Assembly (NCBI GenBank): GCA_964016885.1
Contig: OZ024746.1
Span: 37,200,001-37,264,000 of the forward strand
Direction: 5' to 3'
DNA from: Eledone cirrhosa
Taxonomy: Eukaryota
Length of the DNA: 64,000 nucleotides
The notes below the pieces were generated by a model. That model made no database searches. It was given only the letters and a program-made list of their open reading frames with translations, and was not told the DNA's origin. Shown here one piece after another: positions 13,575-29,624 of this stretch; position 1 is the first letter of the stretch, and every line of letters starts with the position of its first letter. The translations under genes and the position numbers were made by a program.

Positions 13575-15448
13575 TACTTGGAACTCTTTTAACCATATTT
13601 TGATCTTATATTATATATATTTATGTAGAGTAAGTATTAACTGCCCTTTAAATGGTCACTGCCTCTCTAGGTACATTGTTTATGCTTGTGAAGTTAAGAC
13701 TAATTCTTCTAATAGCACATATATAGGCTCCACATCTAATACTTTTAAAACTAGGTTTAATTCTCATATCTCTAATTTTAAACATGTTAGGTTTAAGAAC
13801 TCTACTTCTTTAGCACACCATATCTGAGATCTTAAAGGGGCTGGCATGCCATATAGCCTTAATTGGCGTATAGTAGCACGCTCTAATAACCTATCAACAC
13901 ACACTAAATTCTGTAATCTCTGTATCCTAGAGACACACTCTATAATTTTCTCTAGGGAAGTTTTGCTTAATAGTAAGTCTGAGATATTTTCTTTCTGCCC
14001 CCATGCCATTTCTAATTATTTCTTCTATTATAGACCTAAAAGTTCTGCTAGTTTAAATCGTATACATAAGCTGCTATATTTCCTTATCTTTTTTGTTTAG
14101 GTTCATTTTGATTATCATCATCTTTATTATTATTAGTTTTTTACAGCTTTTCGATTTTAGTTTCCATAGTCTTTTGGCTACCATACCCTATCTATCGTCT
14201 TAAGCATTATTATAGTTTCACTACTAACACCTTATGAGTTTATATCTTATTAAATACTTTGGTTGGAGTCTCATTCAACAAATGTACCTCCTCCTCTACA
14301 CACTTAATAACCGCCCCTTCTATTATACTATATATAAATTTCACCTTTATGCTCATTTTATGATATTTTATAATATATTGATTTTACTTTTATGCTCCTT
14401 CCTATCCTCCATAACCTCTCTTCTTTCTGTTCCCATTGGCCTACCATAGTTCTATTTAGAGTCTTTTTATTTGATAACGTTATTCGACTGAACGGAGCAT
14501 ATTTTACTCTATTCTTGATAATTTTATTGAAATATCTCAAACTTATACGTTTTTGATGACATAAACTCTAGCCAATTTTGAAGTGACTAAATATGTATTT
14601 TAAATACTTTTAATATTAATTAACTTAAAAAGGTTTTCTAGTCAATTCGCCGCTTACATTTCTATCTTTTCTTTTACTTAACCGCTTGTGACACCTAAGT
14701 AAATATACTTGTTTTTGTTTTTCGATCTTCGGTTTATTTTATTTATTTTTTTACTACCGCACGCTGTTCATTAATATATGTCTGTGTATGTCAACCACGT
14801 AAATATATATATTAAGCATTTCCTTAGGCTCTGTTTGATATTTGATATTAACGTTGTTATATCATATCATTTTTATTTAATCGTATTATAGATTTTAATA
14901 TATGTTATTTGAGGTAGTGTTCTGTTATATTTTGTAATATTTTGTGATATTTTGGTAATATTTATGCCAATGTAAAATGACTTGACCTCCGTGTATTTGT
15001 TGCAATGGTATAGATATTTTTTCAACATAATTTTTTCAACACAATTTAGTTTTATATGATTTTTTCTTACCCTGTGTAAAACTTTATACTATTTGTTAAC
15101 CTTGAATTATATATATGATGTAATTTTGTATATCTTTTGATGCCAATATATTATAATATTGTTATTATAATGTTACTATAATGTTTTTATATTGTTTATG
15201 CACACTGACAGGGAATTATATATTATATTTTATTTTTATTTTTATTTTATTCTTATTTTTATCTTTATTATATTATACTGTAAACGATATATATATATAA
15301 ATATATATTTAAATACTTAATAAGTGTTAGTTTGTGTTTGTACTAATGTATATATCTATAGATATATATATATACATATATTAAGCTTTTTATTATCACC
15401 ATCTATTATATTATATTCTATATCGTACTGTCATTTTCGCATTATATT

Positions 15449-15634
15449 GTGGATTGGCAGTATCGGTAGAGGGTCGGACGCCATGCTTTCCAGCATAGTT
15501 ACGTCTCTTTACGATCCGAGTTCAAATCCCGCCGAGGTTGACTTTGCCTTTCATCCTTACGGGGTCTATAAAATAAAGTACCAGTAATGCACTGGGTAAT
15601 TGCTGGCCTTGTGCATAAAGTAGAAACAATTATA
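15449..15634 (+). mobile_element. tRNA-derived SINE, near full length
   Basis: A-box-like TGGCAGTATCGGT, B-box GAGTTCAAATCCC, conserved body, ATT tail; probable TSD ATTATATT. Confidence 0.9.
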
Positions 15635-15860
15635 TTACCATTTGTGTTTCAAGTTTTTGCATTATACAATATTTACGATGAGGGTTCAACATGTTAATCA
15701 TTTCCTTGCTATTTGGTCTATATCTATGTTTGTAACTGCTCACTCTTAATCTTAGCCAACTTTTCCTTGATATCCTTCCTAGGCTTTAATAGATGTATAC
15801 TCCATATTCTTCTGAGTTTTTGGCTTGTATTGGCCGATAGTGCTTCTTGTAGCTTTACTT

Positions 15861-15898
15861 GCCCTGATGAGTCCTTAATAGGACGAAACATTGTTGGC
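15861..15898 (+). ncRNA. Minimal type I hammerhead ribozyme (family D)
   Basis: gcc CTGATGA gtcc-ttaata-ggac GAAA cattg TT ggc; canonical core and stem II. Confidence 0.8.
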
Positions 15899-15942
15899 TA
15901 ATAAAGACTTTTGATGTATTGAAGGCTTCTTTGGTTTATTTT

Positions 15943-15991
<49 letters not shown>

Positions 15992-16040
15992 TCTATCAAA
16001 GTTCTTCAATATATATATATGGTCTATCAAAGTTCTTCAA

Positions 16041-16335
16041 TCGGGGATAAGTAAGGTACTCAATACATAGCAGAGTATAAATATTTAAGTAGAAATGTCT
16101 TCTACAGGAATAGAACTGTTGTATTCGGGAGAAATCATCGGGAAACCCAGATGATTTCTCCTGAATGAAACAGCTCTAGTCCTGTAGAAGCCATTCCTAT
16201 ATTATATATATATATATATATATATAATTTAATATAGAAATGCCTTCTATAGAATTAGAACGGTTTAATTCGAACAAAATCATCATATCTCCCGAACGAA
16301 AGATGTTTAATGCTGCAGAAGCTATTTCTATATTA
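16041..16335. mobile_element. Two tiny fold-back elements made of head-to-head family A hammerhead halves (16090-16200; 16232-16335)
   Basis: CTTCTACAGGAATAGAACTGTT...GAAACAGCTCTAGTCCTGTAGAAG self-complementary; cores degenerate. Confidence 0.65.
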
Positions 16336-16440
16336 AATTGCGTTCCTTATACTCTACTAGTGTATTGAATAACTTACTGTGGCTACCCATGATTTGCCCG
16401 AGACTCTATGTATATACATATATATATGTATATATGTATG

Positions 16441-16471
<31 letters not shown>

Positions 16472-16987
16472 GTGTGTATGTGTGGGTGTGTGTGTATGTG
16501 TGCGTGTGTGTGCGTGTGTGTGTATATACATTATATATATAGAACCGTTTGATTCATTGATACTTAGCTGATGAGGTATACCATTTGCTGATAGAGTTTG
16601 TCAATAATGTCCATCTGTTTAATCATGCTCTTAATATGTGTGTGAAATTGCATTTCTCAATGTATGATATCCTGCATTTTCACTGGAATCTATTCAAGAG
16701 TATAACCATGCCATACGTTCTTCCTGTCAGAATTCCATAACATTCGCGATATTGTGTATATATTATGTGCCGTGCACTCATAATATGCATGTACTTTCGT
16801 TTTCAAGCTGACACTGGGTAACCACTGTCATTCTTAATATTTTGATCCGACATATAATTTCTCATATAATTTTGAACACCATCTATCATCATATAGTTTC
16901 AACATGCAGTAAAACCGTTAGAGCTAAGGGTTTTCTTTATGCGTTTCCCCATTATTAACTTCATTTTCGCATAGCATTATTTAACCA

Positions 16988-17366
16988 TGTGGATTGGCAG
17001 TATCGGTAGGGGATCGGACGTCATGCTTTCCAGCATAGTTACGTCCCTTTACGATCTGAGGTCAAATCCCGCCGAGGTTGACTTTCCCTTTCATCCTTAC
17101 GGGGTAGATAAAATAAAGTACCAGTAATGCACTGGTTAATTGCTTGCCTTGTGCCTAAAGTAGAAACAATTATTTAACCATGTGGATTGGCAGTATCGGT
17201 AGAGGGTCGGACGCCATGCTTTCCAGCATAGTTACGTCCCTTTACGATCTGAGTTCAAATCCCGCCGAGGTTGACTTTGCCTTTCATCCTTACGGGGTAG
17301 ATAAAATAAAGTACCAGTAATGCACTGGGTAATTTGCTGGCCTCGTGCCTAAAGTAGAAACAATTA
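16988..17366 (+). mobile_element. Tandem dimer of the tRNA-derived SINE (16988-17172, 17182-17366)
   Basis: Two near-identical copies; ATTATTTAACCAT occurs before, between and after them. Confidence 0.9.
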
Positions 17367-17547
17367 TTTAACCATATTTTCAGCTGCCTTTACTGTAACA
17401 TTTTCTTCTTTTGTTCTACGATTTAGTCATTTCAGCATGCTTGAAGACAGAAAAGAAGTTTTCTATGTTTTGTATGTAAGGAGATCGTTTTATATTTGCC
17501 ATAGTTTGTATACATGCATGCTTAAATACATACACACACACACACAT

Positions 17548-19975
<2,428 letters not shown>

Positions 19976-20406
19976 ATCTGTGAGGGTATGTGTGCGTATT
20001 GTATATTCCACAATTGATATCTTGCTACTTGGAAAATGTCGTTATATCAATGTATTGTTAGTAAGTATAACCTTTCTGTGACATTTAGTTTGGTGTTTTC
20101 TAAATGATGTCATTATATTTGCCTGTCTACTTTTGTTAAAATTTGCCATTATTCCTTCCGTGGTAAACATAATATGTACAAGTCAAAGAATTTAGGTTGA
20201 TATATTCAAACTTTCTCTCACACAGCAAAATCGTTTGTCTGTTGTCAAAAGTATGCTGCGATAAGGTGTTCCGTTTTTTCAAATATAAGTGCCATTGAGA
20301 TCTAATTTTCTCTCCATCTTTCGGCATCAATAAAGTTAAGCACACAGTAGTGATGTCCGTTAAAATATCCAAAATTGTGTTCCATCCAATAATCTAGCAT
20401 TCAGCC

Positions 20407-21010
20407 AGTGGTAGTGGATTAGCTGAAACACAAGTGCATTGAAAAAGGACCTGTTCAGGCTTTTTTTTTTTCTAAATGCAGACGAGATAAAACCGACCTT
20501 TCATCATGAATCTGTTGATAAAATGAAGTACAATTCAGTTATTGGGTAGATTTAAATAGTTAGAACGCCTCCTCTAAATTGCTGGCTTTGGGCCTATACT
20601 GGAAAACATTATTATTGGTGGATTGACAGTATCGGTAGAGGGTCGGATGCCATGCTTTGACGTATAGAGTTTCGGCCCTTGCCATTCTGAGTTCAAAACC
20701 CGCCGAGGTTAACTTTGCCTTTCATCCTTACGGGGTCGATAAAATAAAGTACTAGTAATGCACTGAGTAAGTGCTGGCCTTGGGCCAAAACATAGAAACA
20801 ATTATTATTATGGCTGAGGGTGGAGAATTGGCAGTATCGGTAGAGGGTCGGACTTGCTTTCTAGCCTAGTTACGTCCCTTTACGATCTTAGTTCAAATCC
20901 CGCTGAGGTTAACTTTGCCTTTCATCCTTACGGGGTCGATAAAATGAAGTACCAGTAATGTACTGAGTAATTGCTGGCCTTGTGCCAAAAGTAGAAACAA
21001 TTATTATTAT
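20407..21010 (+). mobile_element. Cluster of three SINE copies (old 20407-20615; 20617-20810; 20819-21010)
   Basis: Each has the head/body/tail of the family and starts at or close to the ATT tail of the previous copy. Confidence 0.8.
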
Positions 21011-21516
21011 GAATGTAAAGCACTCTTAACCTTTCTCCTATGAATGCTCTTCAATACTTTTCCTCAATCCCTCAATCCATTAGAGAGATTTAGGATAATG
21101 CCTGCTGATAACATTAAACAACTGTTCGCTTCTTATCTACCCTTTGATTTATGACTAGCTTTTCTAGATATCAAAGTTTACCCTCAACTTTGATTCAGTT
21201 CCTTAGGCGGTGATATCAATTTGCAAGTTCAAGATCTTCGTTTCTTCAGCTCATGAGGATTTCATTTTACTAGTCAGTGTGACATTTTATTTTATCTTTC
21301 GCACTCACATTTTTTCAGACATAAGCAACATGATACGTTAATAACTAGAGACATATTTTTTATTAATGACCACAATATGTTGTTTGATATATTGAAATTT
21401 CCTCCACGATATTATGCTAAAGACCCACAGCATTCTTATTTCGACGATTTCTAGTACTATCATTTCTGATGCCATAAATATTTAATAGTTCCTTCCTTTG
21501 CTTAGAAAGCCAACAT

Positions 21517-21632
21517 TCTTCTTCTTCTTCTTCTTCTTCTTCTTCTTCTTCTTCTTCTTCTTCTTCTTCTTCTTCTTCTTCTTCTTCTTCTTCTTCTTTA
21601 ACAATAATAGAGAAAGCAGCAGCAGTAGTAGC

Positions 21633-21673
<41 letters not shown>
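21517..21673. repeat. (CTT)n and (AGT)n microsatellites
   Basis: Direct reading. Confidence 0.95.
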
Positions 21674-22003
21674 ACGTGTTGGTATTGATATTGATAGTAT
21701 TATTTATGATAAAGTACTTTTAATGTTTGTTGTCATCTTCCACATTGGGGGGGGGGGTTATTTTTATTTGCTTTTCATTTTGTTAATTTAAAACTTTATT
21801 CTGTCTAATACTTTCTTTTCATTTCCATCTAGTTTTAGTTATTTAACAATTTATGTATTATCAATATTATTATTACCAATATTTTTTTTTCTATCAATAT
21901 TATCATCAACATCATTATCATTATTATTATTATTGATGTTGTTAATATTATTATTATTCTGTAAATTGTGAATTTCATATTCACTGTTTTTGGCTCATTA
22001 ATT

Positions 22004-22203
22004 NNNNNNNNNNNNNNNNNNNNNNNNNNNNNNNNNNNNNNNNNNNNNNNNNNNNNNNNNNNNNNNNNNNNNNNNNNNNNNNNNNNNNNNNNNNNNNNNN
22101 NNNNNNNNNNNNNNNNNNNNNNNNNNNNNNNNNNNNNNNNNNNNNNNNNNNNNNNNNNNNNNNNNNNNNNNNNNNNNNNNNNNNNNNNNNNNNNNNNNNN
22201 NNN
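22004..22203. other. Assembly gap (200 N)
   Basis: Run of N. Confidence 1.
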
Positions 22204-22959
22204 ATGCAGCATTCATTCTGATTAGATGTAATTCTTTATAGTTTATTTGTATATAGAAGTGTGCATATCTATGTGAACTTGTATGGAAATGAAATTCAGC
22301 TTTGTATCTCAAAACATTCTGCGTGTGTTTGTTTGTGTGTATGTATGTGAGTTTGCGTATAACTGTATGCTTGTAAGTGTGAATATATGTGCTGCTTCAT
22401 TTGTGGTAATGTTTATATTCAAAATTTTGTTTAAATATACATGCGTGTATATGTGTATATTTCTATAATTGAAAGTTATTTCAGTATATTCATTTATTCG
22501 GTAATATGACACTGTAACCAGTTTTCTTATTGTTTTCATTATATATATATTTGTGTTAATATTTGTAATTTTCCTTACATATTTTCTGATTTTATTATTC
22601 ATACATTTTAATATTTTATTGAATTAAAAAATTCGTCATTTCATGATTGTGTTTACTTTTGGTGTCTGTTTAAAATGACTGAAGTTCTCTCAATCTAACT
22701 CAGCAAACATTTCATTTCTGTGTCGTCTCCTTGCCTTCTATTGCCGGCGTCATAATCCGTCATTCAAATTCTTTCACGCATAAATTCTCTTTATCTTTTG
22801 GTATCGCTTTATCTTCTTTAATTATATTTCTCAATTCAAGTTTTCTTCTTTCAAGTATTTCTTACTCGCCAGCCCTTCCCTGTAACCCATGTCTCATTCT
22901 TGCTCTCACCCGGCTTTTCACTCCATCTCTCTCCCACTCACCACATAAATAAATAAATC

Positions 22960-23020
<61 letters not shown>

Positions 23021-23074
23021 TATGTATATATATATATATGAATATATATATATATATATAAATATATAATTATA

Positions 23075-23180
<106 letters not shown>

Positions 23181-23188
23181 TATATATA

Positions 23189-23990
23189 TAAATGTCATCT
23201 GAGTTTTTCGAATATTAATAATAACATTCGATTCGTTTTCAATTATGCAAACAAGCCTCAATTTTATAGCCATGTCAGTAGAATGAACACTTCATTGTTG
23301 CTCTTGTTTTGTCATGCGAACAGAACTGCATATACTAATGTTTCTGGATATCACCCTTCATCAGTACAGCTCACTGTTCACCTGCCAAACTGTCAGAGCT
23401 CGTGAAAATATATGCTATTTTCAAAAATACATAGTGACTGATCGGCCTGATTTGCTCTAAGAGCAAGAATGAAGTGTTCAATCTACTGACAGTGCTATTA
23501 AATTGAGGCTTGTTTGCATGTTATTATTAATATTCGAAACACTCAGATTACATTTATTGTATTCAGCCATGTAGAGCGAAATTTTCTTTTTTATTTGAAT
23601 TTGGCAACGCCGGCCAGTTATCGCTCGAATACACGTAACTGTCAGGCCAGTCTGCTGATATGCAAATCTGGCTCATCAGTGGATCTGCTAAGATGCACAT
23701 ATGACAGATTAGCCAGTCTACCAATATGCAAATCAGGCCGATCAGTCACTGTGTATTTTTGAAAGTAGCATATATTTTCAATAGCTCTAACAGTGTGGCA
23801 GGTTAACAGTGAGCTGTACTGATGAAACATTAGTGTCTGCAGTTCTGTTTGCATGCCAACATTCTACTGACATGGCCAACAAATTGAGGCTTGTTTGCAT
23901 AATTACAAACGAATCGAATATTATTATTAATATTCGAAAAATGCAGATTACATTTATTGTATTCAGTAATGTAGAGCGAGATTTTCTTTA
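23189..23990. mobile_element. Non-coding HHR repeat family E: inverted partial copy (23189-23455, minus) plus tandem 1.3-mer (23459-23990, plus)
   Basis: TTGAGGCTTGTTTGCAT...ATTACATTTATTGTATTCAG occurs twice in direct orientation and part of it once inverted; the same family occurs at 55569-56070; flanked by (TA)n. Confidence 0.8.
23323..23372 (-). ncRNA. Type I hammerhead ribozyme (family E)
   Basis: Minus strand: gagctgta CTGATGA agggtgatatcca GAAA cattagta TA tgcagttc (8-bp stem I with G-U pairs); the sister copy at 23811-23845 has GAAA ca-ttag-tg TC but has lost stem II. Confidence 0.7.
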
Positions 23991-24033
23991 TATATATATA
24001 TATATATATATAAACTAAATCAGTGTGTTTATA

Positions 24034-24236
24034 AATAATAATTGTTTCTACTTTTAGCACAAGGCCAGCAATTTCCCAGTGTATTACTGGTACTTTATTT
24101 TATCGACCCCGTAAGGATGAAAGGCAAAGTTAACCTCGGCGGGATTAACTTTGCCTTTCATCCTTACGGGGTCGATAAAATAAAGTACCAGTAATACACT
24201 GGAAAATTGCTGGCCTTGTGCCAAAAGTAGAAACAA
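24034..24236. mobile_element. Head-to-head palindromic pair of 5'-truncated SINE copies (24034-24143 minus; 24146-24236 plus)
   Basis: Near-perfect inverted repeat of the SINE 3' half with a very short spacer. Confidence 0.9.
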
Positions 24237-24729
24237 AGTACAAATATAGGAGGCTTTTAATCGTCAGCTTTAGCATAAGTATACTGGGCAAGCTAAATGT
24301 GTGTATATCCTTTTGGTCTCAAATAAACACTTCTACGGTAACATATATCTTTCGTTTTTGTTATCACTATCTCTTTCAGTTTTCTTTTTATTTTCTCTTG
24401 ATATATACCATTAGTTCTCTAGCCGAAAAGACACGTCGATCTTGGATACGCACTAACAGCGTATTGTTTGTAAGTTCAAATCCTGTTTCTCCGTTATTTT
24501 GTCTCCTTCCTTCTTTATTTCCCATCATTTCATATTTATTCATCGCTTTGTTCCTTTATCTTTATTCATTATCAATTCTATTTTTAATTTAGAAAAAACT
24601 AAGATCCTATGATTATATTTCAACCTTAGTCAAATAATTTTGCCTCTATTAGTACTTTTGATGTCTATATATTTTAATGAAGATATAGTTAAATGTAAAG
24701 TTGTTTTGTGTATTTCACGAATGGTTTAG

Positions 24730-25250
24730 ATTCATATAATCATGAAATAAGATCCATTTCCTCAAGACAGCAATTTTTGTTATCCATGCTAACATGTTGA
24801 CATGTCGGTCGACCTTTTTCTTTTCTCCGAAACGTTTTATTTTCTACAAGTAATATATGGTATCCTGCATCTACAGCTTTACAGAAACTCAAAGCTATTG
24901 AAAGTAACAACCAGATTGATATCACTAAATTAAATGAAAATCGGTAATAATGATATTAATGACGCTTAAAAAACAAATCATCCTGGAATTTCAAAATACA
25001 TTTGCTACAGGAAAAAGAAATATTCACTAGTCGTAGTGCAAAGCTGATTCTTGGAAAGCAACATTATTTACAATTTAAAGGATCTTCCGCATGATTACCC
25101 AGTCTCACCCATTTATTTTCCATTTTGACAGAAACTTTATTACTTCCTCAAATAAAATTCTGGAAGAATCAGGTTTCGCAGATGATATCAATTAATGTAA
25201 TTCCTGTTGTATCATGAAAACCAACAATTTTGCGCAGCCCTATCAATAGT
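24730..25250 (-). pseudogene. Decayed LINE RT fossil (CR1/L2/Jockey-like)
   Basis: IALSFCKAVDAGYHILL resembles the LDFSKAFD.V.H.IL motif; surrounding frames are broken. Confidence 0.4.
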
Positions 25251-28200
25251 AGGTAAATGAGCAAACAAAACCTTCCTTCAATTACACCTTTCTAAAATAC
25301 AGTTGATTCACTTCCTTAATTCTGAATCTCTCAATTATCAATGTGATGAAATACACTTATTGAACCAATTATTAATACCGCAAAACGTAGGAGATTAAAT
25401 CCTTGTACTCATAGAAACTAATGACCTATAATCCAGGTTCTTTCAAAACATTCCATGGTCTAACATATAATACATTCTATAGTAAGAGCATCATCAACGC
25501 TCAAGTTTTGTATTGCAGCTGGTGGGGTGACACTAGCACTAGCTATATTCCAGCTATCGATAAATTCTGTCATCAACCAGACAAAAGAATATTCGGCTGC
25601 CAAAGACCTACTCTCAAAATAGCTATTTTTCATGAAGTAAACTAACATCACCGAATCTGTTGATAGATGATCATGGAAGGAGACATGGTTAGCTACATAA
25701 TGTAAATGTTAAGGAAAACAGCGTGATATATGTCATGTTTCATGGGTAGAATGATTAAAATCATATAAAATAACGATTGAAACGCAAGGGAGGAAGACAA
25801 ATAATCCCATAACAATATCACACAGTCAATTGCATCTGAGAAGTTGGGTGTGTATACAGATATGCTTTCGAATATAATAATAATAATAATGATAATAATA
25901 ATGGATATGTGACATTCCTATATGACATACGTTTGTATAGTAAACAGATAAAAAGTGACTAGTTTTTCAGGAGTATTAAATGTATTATCAGTGATTTAGC
26001 GAAAACGGTTCTAGGAATTAGGTAAGTGGAAGCTTCTGAAGTAGAATAAAACTAATTGAAGTACTATTTCTTGTTGATCACACACAACTACTGGCAGAGC
26101 TGTGAAATGTTCATAACTTAAAATCCACGTAACGAGCTTATATATGCTTATTATACACTGATATACTTTTCAAATTGCCTCCTCTTACGAATAACGCCAT
26201 TTTAGTGGCACTGCTAATTAATTATTTATTTTAATCATTACTAAATTTCAGAACCCTGGATTTTACATTTATATATTGGCAGTAGCACTAGGACAGCATC
26301 AAAGGTTGTATAAGAAAGCATATACTGTACGTATATGTATATACTAGCTATCGAATGTAATAGTGTTCCAGTTCGGAAAGGAAAATAGACTATAGCCTAT
26401 TATCATCACTTTACTCGTTTGAGAGAATGACACTGATAAGAGATTAACTAATCGTGAAACAGCTACCTGCCTTTCTCAACGGTTGCTAGTATATCTATGA
26501 TATGGTCACATAGAAAAAGAGAGAAACATATTCTTTTCATAAATTATAGGATTGATAGCGAGGCTCTCATTTATTTATTGTATATGATTGTATATGTAAT
26601 ATATGATTTCATTCACACCCCTATCATGTATAATGCTATCTTAGTGCTGCAATCAATCAATTATATCTAGGAAAGTTTGCAAATGAGCAAATGAGTAATT
26701 CCGCCGATATTTTGCATTTGCTATATACAAATGAAAATCTCCAGCAAATGTTCAATACACAAAATTCAATATTGGATCTAGTCTATTTTCATCTAAGTAT
26801 ACGTCACTGTTCAGAGATGAATAGATCTCGAGAAGGCTGTCTGGAATTGTCAACAGTGACTGGGATATTTGTGACATGTTCACTGTTAGAAGATAGAAAC
26901 ATAATATTTCATAACATAAATATATGTTTTCTTTGATTGAAAGGCTATCATATATTTATTGTATATAAACATATATTATATGCTTTCATATACACCCATA
27001 TTATACGCGCGCCCCAGTGTGTGTGTGTGTGTGTGTGTCTGCCTGTCTGTTTGCTGTGTGTGTTTGTCTGTGTGCGTGTGTATTTATGTGTCTGCGTTTT
27101 TATCTTTTTTTGTGTATCTTTTTCTTTTCTAATTTACACTTTGGAATCAGATTCTCTCTTACGATTATTTAATTCCGTGTCTACATCTTATCCGGTGACC
27201 TATGCTGCTCTTCCTTTCGTCCATTTTACTATAGTACTGCATTTTTCCACTCTCTGATAACTTAATTTCAATCTCTGTTATTTTCTTCTCTTATAGTGTC
27301 TATCCATACAGTTTATATGTACTTGTGTCGATGTCTTTATATCACTCCTCACATCCTAACCCACTTTATTGTATCGAATGTTTCTCATTACTATGCTATC
27401 AGATTTTCTGCTTTACCTATTGTAATATTTCCTCGTTTAGCTTTTAGAATATGTCTATTCATTCAGTTAATTATTTCTTCCTGTCTTCTATATCTTTCTC
27501 TATATTTTTTTTAGTAATATATTTGACTTATTACATAAGTTCATTATTTATTTTGTTTGTGGATGTTCAAATATTCGTACTTACATCTGTGCCCAATAAT
27601 TCCTTATTTTACTTGTTTCTTTTCCCTCTGATTTTCTTTTTCCCTTGTTCTTTTCACATTTCGGTTTAATTATTATTTTCTATTCCTTTGTTTTATTTGA
27701 ATATCTTTGAAGAACTCTCATCTACAGTATACTTTGTATGTTACCTTTTTCATCTTTCTTTCTATCTCGTTCTTGGATATTTCTTTCTGTGTACATTCTT
27801 TATGCTGTTTTATTCTTTTAATGGGCGTTTCGAAATACTTTACTCTTCAATGGTTTCTTGTTTTCTCGTATTGGCTTCAATCGATATTCTTTATATTGAC
27901 ATTTTAAGATTTCACACTATCTGACCAAACATACAAACATATCATACTATAATGTTAATTTTAAATCGTTACAGTGCCAGACACACAAAAGCACATATAT
28001 ACCAACATGACTCTTTACATATTTAACTATTCAAATTATACGATAAAGTACTGTAAAAAGAGAAGATAAAAAGATATGTATGTATTGAAATATTGAAACA
28101 TTCTAGTCTTCTAATTTGACTTTGCTGTGTTTATTTTAAATCACATTTCTCATTCTGTCTCTAAATCAATTTGACATGATATTAGCTGTCTCTAAAGGGA

Positions 28201-28767
28201 AAAAAATACAAACAAAAACAAAATGACACACACGCATACAGTGAACATTGGAAAAATTAAAAGGAACAACATTATGAGAAAATACACCAATGTACACACG
28301 AAAATGATGGAGTAGAACACGAATTATGTTTGTATTTAAATAACGTTGAACTCCTTCCAGTAGCCGCAGGTAAGTTTAAACAGAATCATTCACTCAGCTA
28401 TTTTAAAACCAGTTTTCCTAATATTGGAGATACTCAGTTTACCTTGGATATCATTCTAAACTTCTGTAGTGACAGCGAAAGCGCCGAATAGATAATATAT
28501 ATGATGAGAAAGAATCGATTATAACTTTACGTATACAGAATCTCCTACGTTGAACACAGATTTTACTGTTGTATATAGTGTTTAGCTGAAGGCCAGCATT
28601 CCTGAATAGTGCTCTGACCAACAGGGTTTGAACATTTTCCGTTACATATAAATATCCTATCACAATAGATCATCAGGTTTCGAGAAGGCAAGACGACAAA
28701 CACAGAGTTTCCCATAATTGACATGTATCTATACATTTGTATATCCCTGTGAATGTGCATATTTATA

Positions 28768-28812
<45 letters not shown>

Positions 28813-28974
28813 AAGGCGGGTAACATTCCCGAGATCCATGGACGAGTTCTCTCCAGCGGTCTCTGTCCCTCATTTTCGCTGCCATGTCCTGCGTCTCCAA
28901 CATATATATAATATATATACATATATACATATATATAAATATGCAAATAATTGCACATTCACAGGATTATACAA

Positions 28975-29058
<84 letters not shown>

Positions 29059-29059
29059 T

Positions 29060-29090
<31 letters not shown>

Positions 29091-29144
29091 GTATATTTAT
29101 ATACATAAATATATATATATATATATATATGTATATTTATATAC

Positions 29145-29227
<83 letters not shown>

Positions 29228-29301
29228 TGTATATTTATATATATGTATATGTATATATATATATATGTATATATATATGTATATTTATATATATGTATAT
29301 T

Positions 29302-29372
<71 letters not shown>
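28975..29372. repeat. Compound (TA)n microsatellite
   Basis: Direct reading. Confidence 0.95.
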
Positions 29373-29376
<4 letters not shown>

Positions 29377-29575
29377 TTAAGGATACTATTGATGGTTATG
29401 TATATACTAAAACCTTTTATAGTTATATATATTTTAAACCCTAAATAGTGAAAGACAGTAATGTATTACTATCATATTACCAGTAAGATAAATAGCTCAA
29501 TGTAACAACATCAGTTGTTTTACAAAGCAGTTATATAGAAATTACATGAATCAAAGTTCTGTTTAAATCATTTAT

Positions 29576-29624
29576 TTGCTTACAATTGTTTCTTCCAAAC
29601 CGAGGTTTGGAGATTTCGGAGCAA
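29576..29624 (-). ncRNA. Minimal type I hammerhead-like motif (family F, degenerate core)
   Basis: Minus strand: ttgct CCGAAAT c tccaaac-ctcg-gtttgga a GAAA caattg TA agcaa; perfect stem I. Confidence 0.55.

Larger units (their letters stand above)
12812..13620. mobile_element. Fold-back PLE 3'-end element (family C): arms 12812-13059 and 13374-13620
   Basis: Arms are reverse complements; 13095-13620 aligns with the 3' UTR (58555-59050) of the coding PLE at 56325-59050. Confidence 0.85.
13627..15945 (+). mobile_element. Penelope-like element 3' fragment: GIY-YIG endonuclease pseudogene (13627-14050) plus long AT-rich 3' UTR ending in an HHR
   Basis: CPLNGHCL..IVYACEV..TYIGSTSNTFKTRFNSH..SLAHHI*DLK..WRIV..CNLCILE..LLNSKSE; HHR at 15861 followed by AATAAA; a SINE is inserted at 15449. 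Confidence 0.8.

Noticed and set aside
15449-15535. tRNA-like heads (also near 2400, 16990, 20620, 24420, 36030)
   Set aside because: A and B boxes are present but there is no intact cloverleaf, and most continue into the SINE body; these are SINE heads, not tRNA genes
21835-22312. ORFs spanning the poly-X stretch
   Set aside because: Artefacts of the 200-N assembly gap
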